A stretch of DNA of 64,000 nt from an uncultured Candidatus Rokubacteria bacterium (GTDB lineage: Bacteria; Methylomirabilota; Methylomirabilia; Rokubacteriales; CSP1-6). Every line of letters begins with the position of its first letter. Within the stretch, counting starts at the first letter, position 1. Positions 1 through 12,101 of this stretch are shown here, in pieces. The stretch lies in NCBI GenBank assembly GCA_963789955.1, contig CAWBMV010000007.1:1-64000 (forward strand). Direction: 5' to 3'. The notes under the pieces are model-generated. The model was not told the origin of the DNA. It saw nothing but the letters and a program-made list of their open reading frames with translations, and did no database searches. A program made the position numbers and the translations under genes.

Positions 1-3000
1 ATACCCGGGGTCCTGGGCGGGATGCGCGAAGGGCGGGGCGAGGAGGAGGATCAGGCCTTCTTGCTCTAGGACGAGATACCGCGCCACCGCCTCCATTGCG
101 GCGCCAGCTCGTGGCCTGGCCGCGGCTGACGAGAGGACTGCCCACGACTGGGCCACGGAGTCGATCCGGCACACGTCGCTCGCGGCCGATCCGAGTGGCG
201 TGCCGTCGTCGTAGTAGCCACGCCGGTACCATTCCCCATCCCACGCGGTCGCCTCGAGGGCTGAGCGCAGCTGTCTCCGCCTGGCGCCGCAGTGTGGCCG
301 CGCCATCCATGTCACCCATGCGCTCGCTCACGGGGGCAAAGCGGGCTCAGCGTCGCGTACAGGAACCAGCCGAGCCACACGCTCTCGCCGCGACCGCCGA
401 TCCCGACGCGATTCATCCCGTCGTTCCAGTCACCGCTGCCGAATAGCGGCAGCCCGTGCGCGCCCGTCGTTCGGCCGCGCTCGATTGCCGCCAGGCAGTG
501 CCTGTAGAGCGTCGCGCGGCACTGACTCGGCTCGAAGCGTGCGTACCGCTCGACCTCGTCGGGCTTGAGTACCTCGCCGGCCAGGAACGAGATCTCTTCG
601 GACAGGATCGTCTCGTCTCCGGTCGCCTCGACGTAGTGTGCCGTGATGAACGGAAGCCACAGGAGGTCATCCGAGCACCGCGTTCGCACTCCGGCTCCTG
701 CCGGGGGGTGCCACCAGTGGAGGACATCCCCCGCCTCGAACTGGTGGCGGGCTGCCTCGAGGATGTGGTCTCGGCAAACGGTCGGGCGCGCAATGGACCA
801 GCGCGGCGACGTCCTGCAGCTGATCGCGAAAGCCGAATGCTCCGCTGGACTGGTAGTACCCGGTTCGCCCCCAGAGCCTGCTCGACAGCACCTGATACAG
901 GAGCCAGCGGTTGAGCATCAGATCGAGCGTCGGATCCGGCGTGCGCACGGTCACCGCGCCGAGCAACGCGTCCCAGTGCCGGTGCAGATCAGTCCACGCT
1001 GCCTCGACGGTGGCGCGGATCGCGGTACTTCGTCACGAGGCCCAGGGCCTCGTCGCGCCCGGCCGCCTGGCCGAGCAAGAAGTGCACGTGCGCCGTCGCG
1101 CCGGGCGCGAGGTCGAGGTGGACCTGCAGAGCGGCACAGGGGTCGAGTCCGGCCCGGACCGTGTTTTCGAGACCGATGCGCCCCAGCGCCGCCGGGGCCG
1201 CGTAGCTGCCGTGCCGGCCGAGGAACTCCGCGCGGTCGGCGGTCAGTCCATGGAGCTTCGCGCTCGCCGCGACGAACGCGACGCGGCTCGCGAAGTCCTC
1301 GTTCCATGGGTTCCGCGCGAGCAGGGCTTCCGACGCGGGATCGAACTCCGGGATCGACGAACGCCTGCGATCGGTCGCGCGTCGCTCCGAGCACCCACTC
1401 GAGGAAGTACGTCACCGTGACGCGGCGCGGGCGGTCCAGCCGGTTGGTCAGCGTGAGCTCGACGAGCTTGACCGGATCGTCGGGCGGGACCCACAGGCGC
1501 AGGGACTGCTCGAGCCCGTGGCTGCGGTGAAGAAAGGTGGCGTACCCTGCCCCGTAACGGATCTGGTAGGCGCCGTCGGCCGGGGCGGGCCGCGGCGTCG
1601 GAGTCCACACGGCGCCGGTCTCCTCGTCGCGCAGGTACAGCACCTCGCCCGGCTCGTCGGAGATCGGATCGTTTCGCCAGGGCGTCAGCCGATTCTCGCC
1701 GCTGTTCTCCGCCCACGTGTAGCCGCCGCCCGCCTCCGACACGACGAAGCCCAGGCGCCGATTGGCCACCACGTTCACCCACGGCGCCGGCGTCGCCTCG
1801 CCCGGCTCGAGATGGATGACGTACTCGCGGCCGTCGGCGCTGAAGCCCCCGAGCCCGTTGTCGAACAGGAGCGAGTCCGGGCGCGGGAGCGTCTCCGGCG
1901 CCGGCGACGACGCCAGGCTCGGGACCAGCCGCGGCAGCCTCGCCGGCTCGCTCCCCACACGCGCGAGCTGCTGGCCGATGCTGCCCTGGGAGCCGTCCAG
2001 CACGACGCGCGCCGCCGACAGCAGCAGGATGCGCGTCGGCCTCCGCGATCCGAGCGGACGCCACGACGAACACGCCACCCGGCCGATCTCGCCAGGCGTC
2101 GGCACCGGCCTGAGCGATCGCGCGGTCGATGTGATCGGCGGTCTCCGCCACATAGCCTTCAGCCCTCTCGTTGAGGATCACCACATCGACGGCGGTGCCT
2201 CGTCCGCGCCAGAGACGGTGTGCGCGCAGCACCGATGGCAGGATGGCCACGTCCTCGGCCGACCCGATGCGCACGAGGAGGATCGGGAGATCTCCGGAGA
2301 TCGCGTGCTTCCACAGAGAGCGCTGGCCGAGTCGGTTCCTGGCCAGAACGGCGGCGGGAGCTCGCAGAGCGTCGTGCGGGTACACGAGGAGGGAGAGCAA
2401 CGTCGCCGCCGCTGCGAGGTCCTGGGGGTCGAGGGCGAGATCGGCCACCTCGGTCTCGCTGCGCTGGCGCGCCAGCTCGAAGGTCCACTCGAGACTCGGA
2501 AGCGAACGGTAGCGGCGGGCAAGGGCCAGGACGCCCTCGCGTGAGCTGGCCGCCAGAAGGACGTATCCGAGCGTCGTGGTGCGATGCCCGGGAAGCTCGA
2601 TCTCGGCTGACAGGGCCATGATCGAATCGAGCGTCGCGCCCGTCAGCCCGGGGCCGGACAGACCCTCTCGGTCGACGGCCTCCGGCTGTCGCGCCGTCTT
2701 TCCGCGGCCCAGGAAGCGCTCGCGCGAACTTTCGTGGCCGGCCGGTCGCGCCCGCCCGGCTGGCAGCACCAGCATGTGTGCGAGCCAGGCGTCGGCCTCC
2801 CGACCGGAGCGCGGACGGCGGTGGAACACCAGGGCGTGCAGGTCCTCGAGGTACTCGCTCTCCACGAAGAGCTTGCTGAACGCCGGATGTCGCTGGTCCT
2901 CGGCCGCATCGCCGACGACCACCTCGGCGTAGCTCGTCACCGCGAGCCGCCGTCGGGACGCCGTCTGGTTCCTCAGCGTCACCAGCCGTATCTCGACGTC

Positions 3001-6000
3001 ATCGCCGGGCGCGACGCAGACCTGTTCGTGGAGCGCGATGTCGTGGGAGCGCAGATGCCTCTCGACCATGTGGGCGTGGAAGACCATCTCGCCGTCGCCG
3101 GGTGCCAGCGACCACGAGAGCCGGCGGTCGAGGTCGCGAAGGTACAGCCGGAATCCGGGGCCGTCGAGCGTGCTGTCGGTCCGCCAGCGTGTGAGGGCCA
3201 CGGCGCCCCAGTTGCTGCCGCCGCCGCCATCGGAGACGAGAACGCGGTAGCGACCGTTCGACAGCACATGGGCCTGCGGAACGCCGGCACCGGGACGCGC
3301 CGGCCACGGATCGAGGGATGCCCGCCGCGCCCGAGCAACGCGAGGGATTGCCGAGCACGCGCCGCGGGCGCGTCCTGGGCGCCGTGACGGGGCGCTCGAA
3401 GAGGAGCGTCTCCGTGGTCCGGACGATGGCGTCGGCGTGGAAGCGACGCACCATCGGCTCGCGGTGAAGCAAATTGTTTATCGCCGTCAGGATCATCCCC
3501 TGATGGTGCGCCATGAACGAGCGGACGATGGCGCGGGTCGTCCCGGTATCGAGACGCGATGCCGTGAAGTCGACGGCCTCGTAGAGGCCGTAGCGCCCCA
3601 TGACTCCGAGGTCGTCAAGGCGGTCGAGGTTCGCCATCACCGCCGGAAGCGCGAATGGCAAGGCAAGCAGCGACGCATAAGGCGCGACGACCACGTCGTC
3701 CTCCAGTCCCCGCTTGAACCCGAGGTCGGGGACGCCGAAGGCGCGGTACTGGTAGTTGTGGTGCGCGTCGAACCGGTAGTACCCCGATTCCGACATGCCC
3801 CACGGAACCCCACGCCGGCCAGCGTAGGCGATCTGGCCCTGCACGGCGGCCGCGCATGCCCGGCCCATCAAGCTGTCCGCGGGCTCGCGCAAGAGCAGCG
3901 TCGGCATCAGGTACTCGAACATCGTGCCGCTCCAGGAGAGGAGCGTGGTGGCGCCGTTCACGCGCGCAGAGCGGGCGGCCGAGCTGGAGCCAGTGCTCCT
4001 CCGGGACGTCGCCCTTCGCGATGGCGACGAAGCTGGCCAGCCGCGCCTCGGAGGCGAGCAGGTCGTAGTGGTGAGCGTCCCGACGGTCCGCGGTGACGTC
4101 GTGGCCGATGTAGAAGAGGCGTCGTCCCTCGTCGTAGAGGAAGGCGAAGTCCGTCGCCTCGAAGAGTGCCCCGGCGTGCTCCGCGAGTGCCTCAAGGGTA
4201 GAGCGCGTGCTGTGCGCGGTGGCCGCGGCCCGCGCGATCGCCTCCTCGAGGCGCTTGCCCAGGCGCGGGCCTCGGCCAGGCCGGCCACGTCGTCAGGCAG
4301 AGCGTCGAGTTGCTTCTCGAGCCGCGACAGGCCGGCGCTCACCGTCTCGCAGGCCGACGGCAGGTCGCCCAGCGTGGGATCGACGGGCAGGCATCGCTCG
4401 AACGCCTCGCGGACGTCTGCCGGCCACGACGATGGGCGGGCTCGCGCCCGGAGCCTCCCACGGAAGGCAGAGCTCGATGTCGCGCCACATGGCCTCGAGG
4501 TGCTGGGGCACCTCGGCGGACCAGATGCGGAGCTCGGCGAGCAGGTCCGGGTCGAGGCCCTCGCGGCCCGGCGCAATCACCGCGAGAAAGGCCTGGTCGA
4601 GCTCGGTGCCGCCGCGCTCGAGGAGCCGGGCGATGCCGGGCCCCCACGCCCGCCGCTGGCCCTTCATCGCGACGGCCTCTTCGCGCATCGTCTCGACGCA
4701 CGTCCGGAGAGCGGAGAACCGCGCGGCGTCCTGCCGCCGAACGCGGCGCTCGATGACCTCGGACAGGATGTCGAGCGTGTCGAGCAGCCCATCCCATCGG
4801 GCGGGCCCGATGACGGGCGCGTGGACGAGCTCGAGGCAACCCTGCTTCACGGCCAGCAGGCACGCCGCGAGGTTCCCGCTGTCCACCGTGGACACGTAAC
4901 GGGGCAACAGGGGCGTAAGATCGCGCGTGTCGTACCAGTTGTAGAAGTGGCCGCGGTGGCGTTCCATCCGGTCGAGCGTCTCGAACGTGCTTCGCAGGCG
5001 CAGCACGACGGACAGCAGACCGGCATGACCAAGGTCGTGAGCGGACAGCGTGGCCAGCTGCAGGAGGCCGATGTTGGTCGGCGACGTTCGCCGCGCGGTT
5101 TCCCCCCGCGGCTTCTCCTGGAAGTGATCGGGCGGGAGCCACTGGTCGTCCGGTCCGACGAACGTGTCGAAGAACAGCCAGGTGCGGCGCGCCAGCAGAC
5201 GCAGGCGGCGGGCATCGCTGTCCGTCAACGGCGGCGCGCGCCGACGCCGTGGGCGGCTGAGGACAGCGGCGATCTCGGGTGCGAGGAGCCAGAGGGCCGC
5301 GAGCGGAAGAGCGGCCGGGAGCGCGGCCGGTCGACAAGTCGCGAGCAGCACCAGCGTGCCGATCGCGACCATCGGAGCCGCGAACATCTCGCGCCAGAAC
5401 GATCGACGGGACTCGGTGCCAACCAGTACTCGTGCCACCCGCGCCGCCGACGTCCACTCCAGGAGGCGGCGTCCCCGGTGCAGGCGGACGAGCGTGCGCA
5501 GAATCGCGTCCGCCAGGACGACGGCACGATGTGGCAGAAGAACCACGTGCAGGATCCAGAGCGCCGACGCGGGTCGGAGTCGGAGCGCCACACCCCGGAC
5601 CGCCGGAGGTAGAGCCGCGACCCGGTTCGCCGAGAGCAGGCCGCCCATCGCCTCGGTGAGCAAGGGGGCAGCCAGCACCAGGACGGCCATCACGGTCCAC
5701 ACGGCCGGCGCGCCGGGGAACACAGCCCAGGCGAGGAGCAGGAAGCCGAACAGCGTCGGGGGAAGCAAGGTGCGTCGAAGGTTGTCGACGATCTTCCAGC
5801 GCGAGATCAGCGACAGCCGATTCGGCCCTCGCCCACCCTCGGCGCGCGGCACCCGGCGGCCGAGCCACGGGAGCAGCTGCCAGTCGCCCCGGGCCCAGCG
5901 GTGGAGACGCCGCCAGTAGCTGCGGTAGTCGGCGGGATAGTTCTCGAAGAGGACGACATCGGTCACCAGCGCCGCTCGCCCGTGGATTCCCTCGAACAGA

Positions 6001-7891
6001 TCGTGGCTGAGCACGGCGTTGTCCGGCACCCGCCCACGCAGGCTGCTGCTCGAACGCCACCGGGTCGTAGATCCCCTTGCCGACGTAGATCCCCTCGCCG
6101 AACAGATCCTGGTAGACGTCCGACGCCGCGCGCGCGTAGAGATCGAGGCCGGGGTCGCCCGCGAAGACGTGGGAGAACGGGGAGACGGCGGCGCCAACGG
6201 GCGTCACGTCGATGCGCGGCTGGAGGATCGTGTAGCCGGCGGTCACGCGACCCGTGCCCGCCTCGAGCTCGGCCCGGTTGAGCGGATGCGCGAAGGTCGC
6301 GACGAGGCGGCGGGCCGCGCCGCGGGGAAGCTCGGTGTCCGCGTCCAGCGTGATCACGAACCGGGTCGTCGGAAGGAAGCTCGGATCGCCCACGTGCCCG
6401 GCAAAGCTGGTCTCCTGATCGCCGGCGAGCAGGCGGTTGAATTCGGCAAGCTGCCCGCGCTTGCGTTCCCAGCCCATCCAGCAACCCTCGCCGGCGTTCC
6501 ACAGTCGCCGACGATGCAGCAGGTGAAACGGACCGCTGTCGCCTCGCCCGTACCGCGCATTCAGCGCGCGGACGCCCTCCTCGACCCGCCGCAGCAGATC
6601 GACGTCACCCGGCATCGATTCCTCGGGGGCGTCGGCGAGGGTGACCAGCAGCGCGAGATGGAGGTTGGGGTCGGCGCTGGCGAGCCAGTGAATCTCGAGC
6701 CGCGACATGATGCGGCGCGACGTCGTCTTCCGGCGCGAGAAGGAGGTGCGTGACGATCATGGTCCGGCAGTCGGCAGAGATGCCCTCGCGAACGTCCATC
6801 TTGGGCAGGACCCGCACGGGGAGGAAATGCGTCACGAGGCGGTTCACCAGGCTCACCGCGACGGTCGCGGCCGGGACGAGGGCCAGCACCACCCCCGCGG
6901 CGACGACGGCCGACGCGGCCCCCGCAGCGAGGAGCACCATGCCCAGCACGACCACATGGAGCACTGCGACCACGGCGATGGCCCCGAGGTACCAGGGGGT
7001 CGGATGACGAAGAAGGAGCCGCCGCCATCGCATTCCCCAGCCGGGCCGGTAGCCAACCGCCTGGCCGAGCGCCTCGAAGCCGTCGTCGATGAGGTGGTAA
7101 CCGACATGGCGGCCGCGGCCGCGCCCGTCTTCGCGCGACCGCCGGACGACCTCGCGCGCCACGGCTTCCTCCGACCAGTCGCTGCGGGCGGCCAGCTCCT
7201 CGACGACCTTGCGGTAGCGGTCACGCGTGTCGAAGTCCATGCGGGCGTAGATGCCCGCCGGATCCTCGCGCAGGATCCGCTCCGTCTCGCTGACCTGTTC
7301 GAAGAACGCCTTCCAGTCGGTGGTCTCGAGCGTGCGCAGGCTACGGATGCAGGCCGTGACGATCTGGTCGGAGGGCGTATCTCCCGTGGGTCCCTCGACG
7401 GGGAGTGCGATGGCGACGGCGGACGCCAGGGACTCGAGCAGGACGATGCGGAGGAGCACCGGCAGCGCCCAGACCTCCGCCATCGAGAGAGGGCGGACCG
7501 TCTGGAACTCCGCGGCGAGGCGCGCGGTCGTCTCCACGTCGACGTGGTGCGCGCCGGCCGTGACGATCTCCCGAGCCAGCGCGTAAGCGACCGGGAAGCC
7601 CGCGAGCTCACCGGTGGCGCTGCGCGGAAGCCGGCGCTCGAACGCCTGCGGGAACTCCTCGCGAACCAGCCGGAAGGTCCGCTCGACGACGTAGTAGTTG
7701 TCGAGCAGCCACTCCGCGGCCGGGCGATCCGCGCCCGGCGCGCCTCCCGCCAGGCGCCGGTACGTGGCGTCGAGAGTTCGCTGCGGGCCGCGCAGGCGGT
7801 CAGCGAGGCGAGCGTCATCGCCGACGGAAGCCCCTGCTGCGCTGGCCGCCAGGCGCCGGACGCGCTCGCGGGCGTCGCCGTCGGTCACCAC
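1..7891 (-). CDS. Cyclic beta-1,2-glucan synthase/phosphorylase (Cgs/NdvB-like, C-terminal GH94); split by several frameshifts and runs off the left edge
   Basis: Consecutive minus ORF pieces carry family motifs: [124 protein letters not shown] start inferred at 7891/7888. Confidence 0.9.
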
Positions 7892-7919
7892 GAGGATAGG
7901 TCGAGGCTGACGCCCGACC

Positions 7920-8924
7920 TCAGTGCCCCGGACGGCTCTGCGCCGCCTCTTCTGCGCGCGTCGGCTCGCGCCCGGCCCCGAGATCCTGGAGCACGATGAT
8001 CGGCCGGCTGTTTCCCTCGAGAAGCCGCGCCGCAACGCTGCCGTATCGCTCGAGCGCGTCGCCGGTCCGTCCGTGCGCGGAGACCATGACGAGATCGACG
8101 TCGGCCTCGTCTGCCATCGCGCGGATGGCTCGCGCTCTCCGCGACGACACCACGATGCGCGTTCCGACGTGGAGCTTCTGCTCGAGCCGGTCCCGCAACT
8201 CGCCGAGGTAACGCTCGCCTTCGAGTCGGTTCCGCTCCGTGAGGCGCGACGCTACCGCGACATCCTCTGCCGAGGGTGGCAGACGGCGAGGCATCTCGGG
8301 CTCCGGCACGACGTGCGCGAGGATCATCTCGGCGTCGTGCGCGCGCGCGAGCGCCGTGGCGAGCGGCAGGACGCACTCCGCGCGCGGCGAGCAGTCCAGG
8401 GGCACGAGGAGGCGGCGGAGGCGGACATCGCCGATCCGCTGTCCTCCGGCGGCGTGCGCGGGGACGATCAGCACCGAGGTGCGGGCGCGCGCGACGACCA
8501 TCGCGGCCGTGCTGCTGAGGGCCCATCCACTCAGCCCTCCCTCACCGTGGCTCGAGAGGACGACGAGATCGACCTGGTGTGCCCCGGCGAAGTTGATAAT
8601 CTGCTCGGCGGGCCGTCCCTCCAGCAGCTCGATGGTCGATGTCATCCGCCTCGCCTTGAGATCGCGGTCGATCGCGGCGAGCCGGCTCTGAGCTTCCGCC
8701 CGTCTCATCTCCCAGTCCACCGCATCGTGGTGGTGGCTCGTGGAGCTCGAGACGGCGGGCGTCTCGAGGACGCGCAGGAGCGTGATGCGCGCGGCGAACA
8801 CTTGCGCCACCGCGACCGCCCACGGCAGCGCGCACTCGGCGAGCTGCGACCCGTCGAGCAGTACGAGCACATGGCGGATGGTAAGCTCAGCACATCGGGC
8901 CTCGTCCTCGCTGTTCGATTGCAT
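7920..8924 (-). CDS. Universal stress protein, tandem USP domains
   Basis: Two USP repeats (VLVLLDGS...VVLSSHG; LLVPLDCS...MVSAHG...GSVA); GAGGAGG RBS before ATG 8924. Confidence 0.9.
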   Translation of the reverse strand: MQSNSEDEARCAELTIRHVLVLLDGSQLAECALPWAVAVAQVFAARITLLRVLETPAVSSSTSHHHDAVDWEMRRAEAQSRLAAIDRDLKARRMTSTIELLEGRPAEQIINFAGAHQVDLVVLSSHGEGGLSGWALSSTAAMVVARARTSVLIVPAHAAGGQRIGDVRLRRLLVPLDCSPRAECVLPLATALARAHDAEMILAHVVPEPEMPRRLPPSAEDVAVASRLTERNRLEGERYLGELRDRLEQKLHVGTRIVVSSRRARAIRAMADEADVDLVMVSAHGRTGDALERYGSVAARLLEGNSRPIIVLQDLGAGREPTRAEEAAQSRPGH

Positions 8925-8961
8925 CGCCACATCCTCCTCAACGGCCCGCTGGCGCTCGGCT

Positions 8962-9647
8962 TCAGGACTGCACGTGTCGCCCGAAGAGGTGATGCTCGAA
9001 CCATGCGCGGGCCAGCTCGGCAACCCGCTTCAGGGCACCCGGCTCTTCAAAGAGATGTCCTGCCCCGGGCACGATTTCGAGGTGGGCTTCGGCGCGCATC
9101 TGCGCCAAGGCATCCTGATTCATCTTGATCACCGGGTAGTCGTTACCGCGACGATGAGAAGCGTCGGGGCCGCGACCCTGGGTAGCGTTGGGCTCGCCAG
9201 GTCCGGACGGCCACCACGCGAGACGATGGCGCCGACAGACCGTGGCCGCTCGACCGCCGCCATCAACGCGGCCGCCGCCCCCGTGCTCGCACCGAAGTAG
9301 CCGAGCGGGACGGCGCGCATCTCGGTGTCGGCCTGGAGCCAGTCCGTGGCGGCCACGAGCCGCGCCGCGAGCAGCGGAATGTCGAAGCGGAGACGGCCTG
9401 TCCCCACGTCCATCGCCTCCTCGTCGACCGTGAGCAGGTCTATGAGAAGCGTCGCCATCTCGCCCGCACGCAAGACTTCAGCGACAGCACGGTTGCGACG
9501 GCTGTGGCGGCTCGATCCGCTTCCGTGGGCGAATAGCACGACGCCCCGCGCCCGGGTCCGGGTCGGCACGATCAGATCCCCCTGCAGCATCACCCGTCCT
9601 GCCGGAATCCTCACGGCGCGGATCGTCTCGCTCGTGGCCGTCGCCAT
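8962..9647 (-). CDS. Dienelactone hydrolase-family alpha/beta hydrolase (frameshift near 9150)
   Basis: FAHGSGSSRHSRRN and GYFGASTG motifs; C-terminus VPGAGHLFEEPGAL...HVQS* read in an adjacent frame. Confidence 0.85.
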
Positions 9648-9674
9648 CTCAACCTCCCTGGGTCGGAACACCCA

Positions 9675-9872
9675 TCACGCGAACGCGGCCTCGATCTCCA
9701 TCTTCAGCCGTCGCTCGGCTTCGGTCGCATCGTCGGCACGTGCTTCGAATCGCATACCCTTTTCGTGGCTGAGTCCTCCAGTCACGATGCCGATCGCCAC
9801 CCAGCCGACGCCCGGCACCTCGCCGATCTCGATGCTTACCTGCCGTCCGCGAATCCGCTCCGCTGTCACCAT
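9675..9872 (-). CDS. Small hypothetical protein (65 aa)
   Basis: AAGGAG RBS before ATG; protein-like composition (MVTAERIRGRQVSIEIGEV...EIEAAFA). Confidence 0.6.
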   Translation of the reverse strand: MVTAERIRGRQVSIEIGEVPGVGWVAIGIVTGGLSHEKGMRFEARADDATEAERRLKMEIEAAFA

Positions 9873-10077
9873 GGCTCGAGCTCCTTCGCCCGCCATCGTC
9901 GTCATGACGGGCCTTGCACACCGTCCGCCTCGGCCGCCGCGACCTGCTGCTGGACGCGTGCGAAACTGTCGGGCATCACCGAGATCGAATCGATCCCCGA
10001 GCGCACGAGGAACCGGGCGAACTCGGGACGGTCGCTGGGTGAGTTGGCTGCCTTTCGTCGCCATCACGCAGGGCGGC

Positions 10078-10093
10078 TGCATCGCGAGTGCCA
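10078..10093 (-). promoter_or_regulatory. sigma54 -24/-12 promoter
   Basis: Minus strand TGGCAC-TCGCG-ATGCA; boxes TGGGG-N9-CCTCA and TGTGG-N8-CCCCA at 10144-10184. Confidence 0.7.
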
Positions 10094-10159
10094 ATCCGGA
10101 TCGCCGCCATTTCGAGATGTTAGCGAACACAGGTCATCCGATCTGGGGACGCCACTCCC

Positions 10160-10819
10160 TCAGGGCTGTGGCGAGCACGCCCCAGGAGGCCGAAAGCGTC
10201 CTCGCACTGGCTGGACGCTCACCGCCCCGCACATGAATATCTGACCGTCCCGTGCGAACTCGCCGAATGATGGCTTGAGTCCACGATCGAGTGCTCGCAG
10301 TGTGGGACGGCCGATGTGGGCGAAGACGAGGCGCTTGATGCCGTGGCGCTTCGCCGCCTGCGCCGTCGCCCGGACATCCAGGTGGCCACCGACTCCGCGG
10401 GCGAATCGTATGGGCCGATTCCACGCCGCCGCCTCGGCGAACATGAGGTCGGCCCCTCGAGCCCATCGAGGGAACTCATAGAATTCCGGCGCCCATACTA
10501 CCGTGATGCCGGTCCCCTTGATCTGGTAGCCGCACGTCGGATGATTGGTGTGAACCACCGAGCGGTCCACGATGTGCAGGTCGCCACGATGGAAGGGTCC
10601 CGCATACGGGATGAGCCCGCGTTGCTTTGCCATCCTCCGGATCGACGTGATGAGCTCGCTCCGCTCGTCGGTCACGAGCCACGCGTCGAGCTTGGTTCGA
10701 GGGATCGCACCCGGTCCGCCATCGATGATGACACGCACGCCGGCGTGCGCCACGAGCAGCCCGGCCGGGGCGTATCGAGGCGACGCTTGCGCCCCGACGC
10801 CGAGTGTGACGAACCGCAC
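10160..10819 (-). CDS. Metallo-beta-lactamase-fold-like protein with degenerate metal motif
   Basis: N-terminal TLGVG, IIDGG, VVHT..GY, GGH and FAHIG elements; no HxHxDH. Confidence 0.6.
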   Translation of the reverse strand: MRFVTLGVGAQASPRYAPAGLLVAHAGVRVIIDGGPGAIPRTKLDAWLVTDERSELITSIRRMAKQRGLIPYAGPFHRGDLHIVDRSVVHTNHPTCGYQIKGTGITVVWAPEFYEFPRWARGADLMFAEAAAWNRPIRFARGVGGHLDVRATAQAAKRHGIKRLVFAHIGRPTLRALDRGLKPSFGEFARDGQIFMCGAVSVQPVRGRFRPPGACSPQP

Positions 10820-10843
10820 GCGCGATCTTCTCCTCAGCGCGCC

Positions 10844-11392
10844 TTATGGAAGGCGTGGTTGGTAGCGGTCACGGTAGATCGTCCAGGACGGCTCCAGAGG
10901 GTAGACCGCGGCGCGGCGACTAGCCTCTCGTACGTCGCGCGCCCACTCCACGGCGTCGTCGAGGCTCGCCGCGATGAGCTGCCGCGCCGACTCCGACGGC
11001 CCTTCGCGGATGGCCGCCATCGCGCGGTCGACTGTCGCCGCGATACGCGGGTGGTGGATCAGCGGACGGAGGGTTTCGAGGTCCTCGAGCGCCCGCGCGT
11101 CCTCGCGTTGCCCGAGCTCGACGAGCGCCAGGTAGAGTCGCGCCTCCCCACGTCCCGGATCCTCCACGAGCACGCGGCGCAGGACGTCCTGCGCGCCGGC
11201 AAGCTCGTTGAGCTTATAGCGGGAAATCCCGAGCGCGGTGAGGGCATCGAGCCGTTTGGTGCCGGCGACGGCGGCTCTCTCGAACTCCCGCGCGGCCTCG
11301 TCATACCGGCCAGCCTGAAATGCCTCCGCGCCGCGTGAGTAGGCGGTCGCGCAGCCGCCCAGGAACCCGCCGAGCAGGAGGGCGCCGAGCAC
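10844..11392 (-). CDS. TPR-containing lipoprotein
   Basis: Hydrophobic leader with LGGC lipobox, followed by TPR-like helices; exact start uncertain. Confidence 0.7.
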   Translation of the reverse strand: MLGALLLGGFLGGCATAYSRGAEAFQAGRYDEAAREFERAAVAGTKRLDALTALGISRYKLNELAGAQDVLRRVLVEDPGRGEARLYLALVELGQREDARALEDLETLRPLIHHPRIAATVDRAMAAIREGPSESARQLIAASLDDAVEWARDVREASRRAAVYPLEPSWTIYRDRYQPRLP

Positions 11393-11538
11393 GCGCCGGC
11401 CCGCGCGCGCGAGAGGTGGCGCGGCGCGGTCGGCACCGACGTCGACGCGCCGCCGGAATGTGCTGGTCAGCGTGTCCTTCCCTTTCCTGTTCTTGCTCGT
11501 GGATCAGCCTCGATGGGTCGACCGGCAGACACGCAGAC

Positions 11539-11553
11539 GCATCAGACGTGCCA
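11539..11553 (-). promoter_or_regulatory. sigma54 -24/-12 promoter
   Basis: Minus strand TGGCAC-GTCTG-ATGC upstream of the TPR gene. Confidence 0.6.
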
Positions 11554-11603
11554 GGCGACTTCAGCTGACATCTCACAAGGCCTTCGCCCCAAGCTGGGAG
11601 AGT

Positions 11604-11619
11604 TGGCAGGGCCCCTGCA
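11604..11619 (+). promoter_or_regulatory. Possible sigma54 promoter
   Basis: TGGCAG-GGCCC-CTGCA (GG-N10-GC) just upstream of RBS and ATG 11644. Confidence 0.45.
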
Positions 11620-11643
11620 ACGTCTGACGGGGAGGGGACTCCG

Positions 11644-11979
11644 ATGACGAGGGGCGAATTCCTCGAACAGGTCAAGGCCGCCGGCGGGCTCTCCTCCGCA
11701 AGTGGGGTGAGCGCTGGTCGAAGGCCGTGCTCACGGCGTTGATCGACTTAGCGTCGGACTCGGAAATCCGTCGGCAGTTCATCACGCAGTTGCCGGGGTT
11801 CCTCAAGACGCTTATCCAACGTATCGGCGCAGCACCGGAAGTGCACGCCTCTGAAGCCGAACACGCACTCACCTGTGTCTGGAGCGTCCTGCGCGAGGCA
11901 GTTTCCGCCGGGGGAGGTGGCCGACTTCGAGGCGCGCATCCCGAAAGACGTCGCGTCCTCTCTGGCACGCGTGGCGTGA
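11644..11979 (+). pseudogene. DUF2267-family gene, frameshifted and apparently missing its central linker
   Basis: MTRGEFLEQVKAAGGL...AVLTAL...QLPGFLK...VWSVLREAVSAGEVADFEARIPKDV read across two frameshifts. Confidence 0.65.
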
Positions 11980-12101
11980 AAGCGCTGGTGCAGCTCCCCG
12001 TCCGACGGACATTCGAAGGCTCCCCCGCCCGGCGGCGTGCGCCAGCGAGAGAGGCGGCACTGGCGCCCCAGGTGGGGCAAGGATTCCCAAGTACCTGCGC
12101 T

